Assembly: GCA_026393095.1 (NCBI GenBank)
Contig: JAPLAV010000046.1
Span: forward strand, 3,918 to 67,917
Reading direction: 5' to 3'
Source: Actinomycetota bacterium
Lineage (GTDB): Bacteria; Actinomycetota; Actinomycetes; S36-B12; UBA5976
Length of the DNA: 64,000 nt
In this document: positions 51,601-58,791 of the stretch, piece by piece
Numbering within the stretch: position 1 is the stretch's first letter
How the letters are laid out: each line of letters begins with the position of its first letter
Notes under the pieces: generated by a model
Database searches by the model: none
Seen by the model: only the letters and a program-made list of their open reading frames with translations
Told to the model about the DNA's origin: nothing
Translations under genes and position numbers: made by a program

Positions 51601-52006
51601 TTAAAACACTTTGACCAATTTCAGAGTTAATTCCTAGTATTGCTACTAGGTTTCCTTGCTGCATCTTTTCCCACAACAAAGACACATCTAAAAGGGGTTT
51701 GCCTCTTTCTTTTTGGTGAGCACTGCTTACTAGGCGACATAAATCTCGCCAACCATTTTTGCCGCGAGCAAGCACTAAGGCTCTTGATTTACCTAAATTA
51801 AAATCAACTCCAACTATGGGAGTAATTCCTTGAATCATGCAGTTGTGGACAAAGTTAATTGCCCCAGACATGGTGTCTTGATCGGTTAATGCAATTTTGG
51901 AAAAGTTATGAAATGAAGCTTTAGTAACTATTTTTTCAGGCAAGGCTGTGCCATAGCGAAGTGAATAGCCAGAAGAAACATTTAAGTGCGTAAAACTTTG
52001 TTGCAA
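48674..52006 (-). CDS. dnaE2: error-prone DNA polymerase DnaE2-type (second Pol III alpha paralog)
   Basis: 1110 aa with a TTG start. Polymerase site ALPDIDIDVE, a C-terminal OB fold (RVIFLTIDDPTGPSDAAFF), shorter than DnaE1, and an SOS box upstream. The PHP N-terminal motif is degenerate (FTHLNVSSGYS). Confidence 0.85.
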   Translation of the reverse strand: MQQSFTHLNVSSGYSLRYGTALPEKIVTKASFHNFSKIALTDQDTMSGAINFVHNCMIQGITPIVGVDFNLGKSRALVLARGKNGWRDLCRLVSSAHQKERGKPLLDVSLLWEKMQQGNLVAILGINSEIGQSVLRNRVDLANSFLQNWLSHVDRNDVVIEVTAHPNSHRVTDPKYSLSTASKMAAFAKDNRLRAVLTNAVRYLDPEDAIVAELLDSVETKKQMRFEQVIGFRGSAYLKSSADMAQVAYNIGKHLSSPETAILLLKFTQQIAEECSLDPVKDIGIGSISVPENDVVLGKSSLEPMKVLVDKCQSGLTKLGFGHKHEYQKRLSQELDVISQLGFAGYFLTVGEVVDLTKQMGIRVAARGSGAGSLVNFTLGISGLDPVKYGLLMERFLSPLRSALPDIDIDVESDRRLDIYDAIYERFGKDRVVCISMRETYRVRHAVRDVGAALGLPPGEIDAFAKTFPRVSARRAREVLSQLPELRKSSFSRLMSEGNLDLYLDLVEKLDGLPRHLAMHPCGVILSDKTLLDRTPVEQSGAKFPMSQFDKDDVELMGFLKLDVLGIRMQSAMAYSLQEIKRVDKIDINLDEISLEDEKTFKLIQSTKTLGCFQIESPGQRELIGKFGPQNFNDLIIDISLFRPGPVKSDMITPFLEVRQGRKALPVLHEKIDPIVQETSGVVVFHEQVIKLISVMTGCSLALGDEKRRAMGSFEGQLEVEEWFISAARKLKYSHELINHIWEILKAFASFGFCKAHAGAFALPTYQSAWLKTHHTAAFLAGVLTHDPGMYPKRLIANDAKNFGIALLGLDVNKSDQCYRVEKNGDRYGIRLSLLDVRSISGAEIARIVENRPFASLADFWQRAQVSKNVTENIILAGGFDSILPSQLNRRDLLLQLSDLEHNLGVISNQLILDVSTTPENVSSGLPDFTKSENIINELQVLGLDASSHLVNSYIPFFKELGVTPAKSLVSLTGGREVLVAGVKVTTQTPPVRSGKRVIFLTIDDPTGPSDAAFFEDVQSYYASTVYNSVLLLVRGVLRRTGPRGVSVRATGCWDLGEMFSIYQQKGINEVKKVIELSPGAKPNPYRVKAGGMSVGRRTLLTNKSEMIEL

Positions 52007-52227
52007 AATAGACTTATCCTCTTTTTAAATTAAGTCGGAGGAAGACGACTTCTAATTAGGACGTTTGACTCTCTCGAGAAAAAAGCTTCCCCGCATGTTT
52101 TCTGCGAAAGAGCCAAACGATGGGTTTTTTTATTTGATGCCAAATGGCGATTAAAGGGGTGTAAATCGCCATTTGAATCAAAAGTGAAGAAGGGTCATTC
52201 AGGGGAAAATGCCCTTTTCTTCACTAT

Positions 52228-52243
52228 TCGAACACCTGTTCGA
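52228..52243. promoter_or_regulatory. LexA binding site (actinobacterial SOS box)
   Basis: TCGAACacctGTTCGA is a perfect match to the TCGAAC-N4-GTTCGA palindrome. It lies 221 nt upstream of the dnaE2 start and 66 nt upstream of the divergent ybaK-like gene. Confidence 0.8.
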
Positions 52244-52309
52244 ATAACCCAAGTTAATCACCTTCCACTGACAAAGGTCAACCATGGGGTGAGTGCGTAG
52301 CCTTGAGGG

Positions 52310-52795
52310 ATGAGCCAGAGCGAGCATCCTTCAGTCACCAAGTTTCGAAAAGCAGCCCAAGAACTAGGCATCAAAGGTGAAGTGATCCAAACCCAAGAGA
52401 CAGCGCGTACTGCTGATGAAGCAGCAGCAACTTTAGGAGTTCAAGTCGGACAAATCGTTAAGTCTTTAGTGTTTGAAGCAGATGGAGAAACTGTTTTAGT
52501 TCTTACTTCCGGTGAAAACAAAGTTGATACCAACAAAGTGGCTTTAGCTTTTAATGTTTCAAAAGTCGGCAAAGCTGATGCTGATAAAACTCGTGAAGTA
52601 ACCGGTTATGCCATTGGTGGAGTTCCACCTCTAGGACATGTCACCAAGATGAAGATCTTAATTGATGAAACATTTAAGAAGTTTGATGAAATTTGGGCCG
52701 CAGCAGGTCATCCCCATTTTGTATTTCCCACTACTTATGAGGAATTAGTAAGACTAAGTGGAGCAATACCAACTGATGTGGCTTTAAAGGGTTAA
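52310..52795 (+). CDS. YbaK/EbsC-family aminoacyl-tRNA trans-editing (deacylase) domain protein
   Basis: 161 aa with IVKSLVF, VLVLTSGENKVD and GYAIGGVPPLGH blocks typical of the YbaK/ProX domain. Confidence 0.75.
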   Translation: MSQSEHPSVTKFRKAAQELGIKGEVIQTQETARTADEAAATLGVQVGQIVKSLVFEADGETVLVLTSGENKVDTNKVALAFNVSKVGKADADKTREVTGYAIGGVPPLGHVTKMKILIDETFKKFDEIWAAAGHPHFVFPTTYEELVRLSGAIPTDVALKG

Positions 52796-52809
52796 AGGAC
52801 AATAAACAT

Positions 52810-53604
52810 ATGAGTATTCGGGTTTATCGAGGACCTCACCGTGATTCCGGTGGGCCAACAGCAGGCTTCAAAATTATTCCTTGGGTTTTCTTTGCTCTAG
52901 GTGTTTTAGGAACCGCTCTTTGGCCAATCTTTCCTCTTGATCGAAAAGATTCATTAACTTTCTTTATTGTTTTCTTTCTCTTTGTGGCAACTACTGCTCA
53001 CGCTTTTATTTGGTGGGGAATGGCTTGGGCCGCCACTTTTATGGTGGTTTCTTTAGGAATAAGTTTCTCGGCTTTAGCTATAAATTCAGCAACAGGATTC
53101 ATTCTGGGCGATATTAACTACACATACAGGCTTGGTTTTCAATTACTTTATGTTCCATTTGTTACTCCCCTTATTTGGAGTTCAGCAATTTATTTAGGAA
53201 TAGTTATCTCCCGAAGAATTTCTCGAGCAGTTGCAATGTCTCCTTTAACTGCAGCTTTTGCCACTACTGGTTTATTGACTGCTCTTGATGGATTATTTGT
53301 TAAAGCAGGTTTTTATAGCTGGCTTACTTGGATAGATAAACCGGCCTTACTTGGTTTATCGCCAATAAAAGCTCAATTGGTAATTTTTGTAATTGTGTTA
53401 GTAATCATGTTGCTCAGCGGACAAAACTCAAAGAATGATCGTTATTCCACCCGCATGCCAATATTGACCTATTCTTGGATTTTTGTTTTCACAATTTTTT
53501 GTGCCAGATTCCTAGCAGATAGCTTCAATAGTTTTCTAGTAGCAATTTTAGTTATGGCTTACATAATTATTGCCTTTGTTTACAAAACTATAAGAGGCAA
53601 TTAA
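52810..53604 (+). CDS. polytopic membrane protein, possibly carotenoid-biosynthesis (CruF/PF04240-like) family
   Basis: 264 aa with about 7 TM helices. The block TGFILGDINYTYRLGFQLLYVPFVTPLIWS resembles the TGxPFGxYxY...GVPLxIPLxW core I recall for this family. It is the first gene of a co-directional carotenoid cluster. Not verified by any search. Confidence 0.4.
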   Translation: MSIRVYRGPHRDSGGPTAGFKIIPWVFFALGVLGTALWPIFPLDRKDSLTFFIVFFLFVATTAHAFIWWGMAWAATFMVVSLGISFSALAINSATGFILGDINYTYRLGFQLLYVPFVTPLIWSSAIYLGIVISRRISRAVAMSPLTAAFATTGLLTALDGLFVKAGFYSWLTWIDKPALLGLSPIKAQLVIFVIVLVIMLLSGQNSKNDRYSTRMPILTYSWIFVFTIFCARFLADSFNSFLVAILVMAYIIIAFVYKTIRGN

Positions 53605-54486
53605 ATGAGTGATGAAGAAAAAGAATCAAGTGGTTTAGGATTCTTACTAGCTCTTGGTGGTGCTACTGCTGCAATTTATACAGCATACAAAGTATTCATT
53701 AAACCTGAAGTAACTGAAATTGAATTAAATAATGTTGCTTCCACAGTTGGTAGTGAAGTTTCAATTCTTATTCCAGCACATCTTGATGAAGCCACTTCCA
53801 CTATTCGTGAAGCACTAGATCAACATCATTTATCAAATTTCAACGCCATAGCAATTGAAGATAAAGGGCACGAATTAGACAAACCAGAATCTTGGACTAG
53901 TAAAGCCTGGGGATGTCAAAGAATTGCTTTTAAAGCAACTGGAGAATATTTAGTATTTATAGAACCTGAAATCAAGTTAACTCCCGATGCTGTGGCATTA
54001 AGTATTAATTGTTTGCAAGAAAATAATCTAGATGCACTATTAATTCAACCAACAATTTTGAATAAAACTGAGCCTGCTGTTATTGCAAACTTCTTATTGT
54101 CTTTACCAACTCCATTAAATGAAAATGAAGGCACAGATATTGATGCATCATTCTTAGTGATTAATAGAAATGCTTATAGTGCAATGGCTGGTCATACCAG
54201 AGTTGCTAATGAAAAATTTGAAGGCGGAGCTTGGGTTAAAGAATTAACTGCCGCAGATTTTAAAGTTGCTGTAGTTGATGGCAGTGGTGTTGCTTCCAAG
54301 ATGGCAAGTATTGAATTGCCAGTTCTTGATGAAGACCTTGCAGTTAGAGCCGGAACTTTTCTAGGTACATATTTACTGCCTGCAGTAGCAATTCTGGGTG
54401 GAAGATCCTCCTTTAAACAATTCCTAGGCTCACTTGGTCTCATAGCCAACATCGCAACTGTTATCAAATCTCGAAGAATCCGATAA
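53605..54486 (+). CDS. GT-A (family 2)-like glycosyltransferase with atypical DxD region
   Basis: 293 aa with an N-terminal TM helix followed by the GT2-like start VSILIPAHLDE. The position normally holding DxD reads GEYLVFIEPE. It starts immediately after the previous stop. Confidence 0.45.
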   Translation: MSDEEKESSGLGFLLALGGATAAIYTAYKVFIKPEVTEIELNNVASTVGSEVSILIPAHLDEATSTIREALDQHHLSNFNAIAIEDKGHELDKPESWTSKAWGCQRIAFKATGEYLVFIEPEIKLTPDAVALSINCLQENNLDALLIQPTILNKTEPAVIANFLLSLPTPLNENEGTDIDASFLVINRNAYSAMAGHTRVANEKFEGGAWVKELTAADFKVAVVDGSGVASKMASIELPVLDEDLAVRAGTFLGTYLLPAVAILGGRSSFKQFLGSLGLIANIATVIKSRRIR

Positions 54487-54499
54487 TCTCTTTTCACCA

Positions 54500-55549
54500 A
54501 TGAAAGCTTTAGAGATACGCCCTCGCGTTCAAGAATGCCTGGATGAATTCATTCAGGAACAAAGACCACTTTTAAATAAAGTTTCTGCTTCTCTTGATCC
54601 GTTAGCAGATTTTGCACATGAATTTTTATCAGGTGGAAAAAGATTAAGAGCAGCTTTTTGTTACTGGGGATATATCGGTGCTGGTGGAAAAGATTCCAAT
54701 GAATTAATTTGTGCTTCAACAGCATTAGAACTTTTACAAGCTTGCGCCCTGGTTCATGATGATGTGATGGATGCATCTGACACTAGACGTGGCAAACCTT
54801 CAATTCATAAAAGATTTGAAACCATGCATCAAGAATCAAAATGGTTGGGTGACAAAAAACAATTTGGTGGTGGTGGAGCAATTTTGTTAGGTGATTTATT
54901 GCTTTCCTGGGCTGATGAAATGTTAATGAATTCAGGGCTTCCTGCACATGATTTGTTTCGAGGAAAAAAGATTTATGACCTTATGAGAACAGAATTAATG
55001 GCTGGACAATATTTAGATATCTTCGAACAAGCCCGCGGTGGCGGTTCAATTGAAAATGCTTTAAATGTAATCAGATATAAATCTGCCAAATACACAATTG
55101 AAAGACCGCTTCACCTAGGTGGAGTTCTTGCTACAGATAACAAACAAATTTTACAAACCTACACAGATTATGGACTTCCTCTTGGTGAAGCTTTTCAATT
55201 AAGAGATGACGTGCTGGGAGTATTTGGTGATCCATCAGAAACTGGTAAACCTGCCGGAGATGATTTAAGGGAAGGCAAAAGAACAGTTCTAATTGAAATG
55301 ACTTATCAAAAAGCAAATGATGCTCAAAAGAGTGAATTGAATAAACACTTTGGCAAAGACTTAGATGACCAAGGTGTAGCCACCTTGAGAGAAGTAGTCA
55401 CTGCCACTGGAGCCTTAAGTGAAGTCGAAACCATGATTTCTAATCTTTTGAACCAGTCCCAGCAGGCTTTGACTGAGGCAAATGTCACAGCCCAGGCTAA
55501 AGAAGCGTTTTCCGAGTTGGCACTTGCCGCAACTTCTAGAAGAGTATGA
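54500..55549 (+). CDS. crtE: polyprenyl diphosphate synthase (GGPP synthase, CrtE/IdsA-like)
   Basis: 349 aa with the first Asp-rich motif LVHDDVMDASDTRRG and the second FQLRDDVLGVFGD. Lies upstream of crtI and crtB. Confidence 0.85.
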   Translation: MKALEIRPRVQECLDEFIQEQRPLLNKVSASLDPLADFAHEFLSGGKRLRAAFCYWGYIGAGGKDSNELICASTALELLQACALVHDDVMDASDTRRGKPSIHKRFETMHQESKWLGDKKQFGGGGAILLGDLLLSWADEMLMNSGLPAHDLFRGKKIYDLMRTELMAGQYLDIFEQARGGGSIENALNVIRYKSAKYTIERPLHLGGVLATDNKQILQTYTDYGLPLGEAFQLRDDVLGVFGDPSETGKPAGDDLREGKRTVLIEMTYQKANDAQKSELNKHFGKDLDDQGVATLREVVTATGALSEVETMISNLLNQSQQALTEANVTAQAKEAFSELALAATSRRV

Positions 55550-57093
55550 CCATGACTTATTCACCAGCCAGATTGATTCCCGGTCGCATGCGAACCGTTA
55601 AAGGTCCAACAGATCATGTGGTCATTGTTGGTGCAGGTCTAGCAGGTTTATCAACTGCACTTCGCTTAGCAGGTAAGGGAAGAAAAGTAACTGTTATTGA
55701 AAAAGAATCAGTTCCTGGTGGAAGAAACGGTTTGTTAGTTAAAGATGGTTACCACTTTGATACAGGTCCATCTGTTTTAACAATGCCAGATTTAATTGCC
55801 GATGCATTTGATTGTGTTGGCGAAAATATGCACGACTGGTTAGATTTAGAACCAGTATCTCCACTTTATCGCGCTTACTATCACGATGGTTCTCAATTAG
55901 ATGTTCATGCCAATCCACAAAGGATGGCTCAAGAAATTGAAGAAGTAATTGGTGCTGATGAAGCTAAAGGTTACTTAAAATACGTTGATTTTGTTTCCAA
56001 ACTTTATCAATATGAAATGAAAGATTTCATTGATAGAAACATAGACTCTCCTCTAGATCTACTTACCCCAAATTTGGCAAAACTAGTTGCTCTTGGTGGT
56101 TTTAGAAGACTTGCACCAAAAGCTCAACAATACTTAAAAGATTTCAGAACCGAAAGAGTTTATTCCTTCCAAGCAATGTATGCAGGACTTTCTCCATATC
56201 AAGCATTAGCAATTTATGGAGTTATTGCTTATATGGATTCTGTTGCTGGTGTTTTCTTTCCTAAAGGTGGCATGCATGCAGTACCTCGCGCTTTAGCTGC
56301 AGCTGCTGCAAAACATGGTGTGGAGTTTAAATACAACACTGAAATTACAAAGGTTGAAAAAAGTGGTAATCGTGCCACTGCTGTAATTACAAAAACTGGC
56401 GAAAGAATTGCTGCTGATGTTGTAGTTCTAAACCCAGATCTTCCTGTGGCTTACGAAAATCTATTGGACGAAGTTCCTTGGTCTGTGAAAAGACTTAAAT
56501 ACTCTCCTTCTGCCATGGTGTTATTGGCCGGAAGCAAAAAGAAATACCCAAATATTGCTCATCACAACATTCATTTCGGTAAAGACTGGAAGGGTGTGTT
56601 TGATGATCTAATTGAAAAAGAACAGTTCATGCAAGACCCAAGTCTTTTGGTTACTAACTCAACACTTTCAGATCCCGAATTAGCACCAAGTGGCAAACAA
56701 ATTTATTACGTGTTATTTCCAACTCCAAATACTGGTTCAAAAATTGACTGGGTTAAAGAAACTCCTCGCTATAGAGATGAAATGGTTCGAGTTTTGGAAG
56801 AACGCGGTTATGAAGGTTTTGGTGAAAACATTGAAGTTGAACATGTCACTGGTCCATTGGAATGGGAACAACAAGGTATGAAAAACGGTGCACCATTTGC
56901 TTCTGCTCATACTTTCTTGCAAACTGGTCCATTTAGACCAGGAAATATGTGGGGTGAAAACGTTGTGTTTGCTGGTTCTGGAACTCAACCAGGAGTTGGT
57001 GTTCCAATGGTTTTGATCAGTGGACGTTTAGCTGCTGAAAGAATTCTGGGTAAAGATAAAAATTACAATTCAAGGTCAAATAGAAAATATTAA
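55546..57093 (+). CDS. crtI: phytoene desaturase
   Basis: 515 aa with the FAD motif VVIVGAGLAGLSTALRLAGKG and the C-terminal GSGTQPGVGVPMV. ATGA overlap with crtE. Confidence 0.92.
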   Translation: MTMTYSPARLIPGRMRTVKGPTDHVVIVGAGLAGLSTALRLAGKGRKVTVIEKESVPGGRNGLLVKDGYHFDTGPSVLTMPDLIADAFDCVGENMHDWLDLEPVSPLYRAYYHDGSQLDVHANPQRMAQEIEEVIGADEAKGYLKYVDFVSKLYQYEMKDFIDRNIDSPLDLLTPNLAKLVALGGFRRLAPKAQQYLKDFRTERVYSFQAMYAGLSPYQALAIYGVIAYMDSVAGVFFPKGGMHAVPRALAAAAAKHGVEFKYNTEITKVEKSGNRATAVITKTGERIAADVVVLNPDLPVAYENLLDEVPWSVKRLKYSPSAMVLLAGSKKKYPNIAHHNIHFGKDWKGVFDDLIEKEQFMQDPSLLVTNSTLSDPELAPSGKQIYYVLFPTPNTGSKIDWVKETPRYRDEMVRVLEERGYEGFGENIEVEHVTGPLEWEQQGMKNGAPFASAHTFLQTGPFRPGNMWGENVVFAGSGTQPGVGVPMVLISGRLAAERILGKDKNYNSRSNRKY

Positions 57094-57095
57094 TC

Positions 57096-58046
57096 ATGTC
57101 AAAGCGTGAATTAATTGCTTCAGGAATTACTGATCCTGAGATGCAGGAATCATATGAAAGATGTCGAAAACTTAACTCCAAACATGGAAAAACCTATTAT
57201 TTAGCAACCCTTTTATTGCCTCCCGGAAAGAGACCATATGTTCATGCCCTTTATGGGTTTGCTCGTTATGCCGATGAAATTGTGGATGATTTATCCAGCA
57301 CCTTAACTAATCAAGAAAAATCTGACTGGCTAGTTAATTGGGGTAATGAATTCTTAAGGGACTTAAAACGAGGTAAATCAGATGATCCAATTTGCAAAGC
57401 TGTAGTCGACACCGTTAATCGTTGGGAAATACCAACAGATTTATTTGAAGCATTTCTTCACTCAATGCGTATGGATTTAACTATTACTGAATACCAAACC
57501 TTTAAAGATCTACACGAATATGTTTACGGTTCAGCTGCGGTAATTGGATTACAAATGGTGCCAATTCTTGAACCTACTTCGCAGATTGCTTATGAAAGAG
57601 CCCAAGATTTAGGAATTGCATTTCAACTAGCTAACTTTGTAAGAGATGTTTCAGAGGATTTAACTCGAGGAAGAATTTATCTTCCCCTAGAAGAATTAGC
57701 GAAATTTGGAGTTGATAGAACATATCTTCAAAGAAGAGTGGCTGATAATAATGTTAAAGATGCCTTAAAGTTCCAAATTCAAAGAGTGAAGCTTTTAGAA
57801 GAAAAATCTAGATCTGGAATTGAATTTCTACATCCCTCATCAAGACCATGCATTGAGGCAGCAAGAATTCTTTATTGCGGAATTGTTGATGCTGTGGAAG
57901 CAATTGATTATGAAGTATTTAATAAACGTGCCAAGGTTTCCATGACTCAAAGATTAAAAGTTGCAATTCCTGCTTGGCGAGAAAGCGTTAAAGCTAGAAA
58001 TGAATTTGGTCAAGGTCACGTGCAAGGAATTGCTAAAGTACTTTAA
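57096..58046 (+). CDS. crtB: phytoene synthase
   Basis: 316 aa squalene/phytoene synthase with YGFARYADEIVDD, YVYGSAAVIG and ANFVRDVSEDLTRGRIYLP motifs. Confidence 0.93.
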   Translation: MSKRELIASGITDPEMQESYERCRKLNSKHGKTYYLATLLLPPGKRPYVHALYGFARYADEIVDDLSSTLTNQEKSDWLVNWGNEFLRDLKRGKSDDPICKAVVDTVNRWEIPTDLFEAFLHSMRMDLTITEYQTFKDLHEYVYGSAAVIGLQMVPILEPTSQIAYERAQDLGIAFQLANFVRDVSEDLTRGRIYLPLEELAKFGVDRTYLQRRVADNNVKDALKFQIQRVKLLEEKSRSGIEFLHPSSRPCIEAARILYCGIVDAVEAIDYEVFNKRAKVSMTQRLKVAIPAWRESVKARNEFGQGHVQGIAKVL

Positions 58047-58047
58047 G

Positions 58048-58452
58048 TTATTTTTTTGTGCCGTACCAATGACCTTTAGGCCACCACTTCGGTGGAGATC
58101 CTGAAAATGGTTGTCTTTGAATATTTTTTCTACCTAACCAAATCCAAATTGAAATGGTCATAACAATCATGGAAAAACCAAAAAATACATCTTCAACTGG
58201 TGCATAAAATAATCTGCCATCACCAATCATTGGTGGAGTTTTATCTGAGTAGTCTCCCCCGATTAATGCAAAGTCGTTATATCTAACAATTAAGTTTTTC
58301 GTTAAAATTCCATTAGTTACAAATTGGAAAAATAGAACAATAACGTAGCTCAACCAAAACATTCTTAATTTTAAGACTTTAGTTTTTAAAATATAGAAAT
58401 CTAAGACAAAAGCAAGCAAACAATAAATTATGCCAATTTGGATGTAGGTCAT
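58048..58452 (-). CDS. lycopene cyclase domain protein (second half of heterodimeric CrtYc/Yd-type cyclase)
   Basis: 134 aa three-TM protein with the PxE(E/D) motif in FYAPVEDVFFGF. It overlaps its partner gene by 4 nt. Confidence 0.8.
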   Translation of the reverse strand: MTYIQIGIIYCLLAFVLDFYILKTKVLKLRMFWLSYVIVLFFQFVTNGILTKNLIVRYNDFALIGGDYSDKTPPMIGDGRLFYAPVEDVFFGFSMIVMTISIWIWLGRKNIQRQPFSGSPPKWWPKGHWYGTKK

Positions 58453-58778
58453 TTCTCATCCCCGGCTTTTTCTTGCTTAATTGATCTCACAGCTTCAAAG
58501 GACAAGAGGGCTGCAATTGGCACGATTATGAAAAACAGTAATTCCTCTAAAGGTAAAAATCCAATTAAGGTAATGCCAGTAACTTTTGTTTCATCAAAAA
58601 ACCAATGATTATTTGTTATTGCGTAGTAGTCCCAAATTACAAACAAAACCACAACTGGAGTAATAGTTAAAACTAATCTCTTTAATTTTCTTAAGACTCT
58701 TGCTTGCAAGATAATTTCTAGCCAAACAGTGCCAAAAAGAATGAAAGCCAAAACTCCCAGGTAGGAAAATTTGCTCAT
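58449..58778 (-). CDS. lycopene cyclase domain protein (first half of heterodimeric CrtYc/Yd-type cyclase)
   Basis: 109 aa three-TM protein with the motif LPLEELLFFIIVP. Convergent with crtB. Confidence 0.8.
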   Translation of the reverse strand: MSKFSYLGVLAFILFGTVWLEIILQARVLRKLKRLVLTITPVVVLFVIWDYYAITNNHWFFDETKVTGITLIGFLPLEELLFFIIVPIAALLSFEAVRSIKQEKAGDEK

Positions 58779-58791
58779 AAATCTAACTTAA

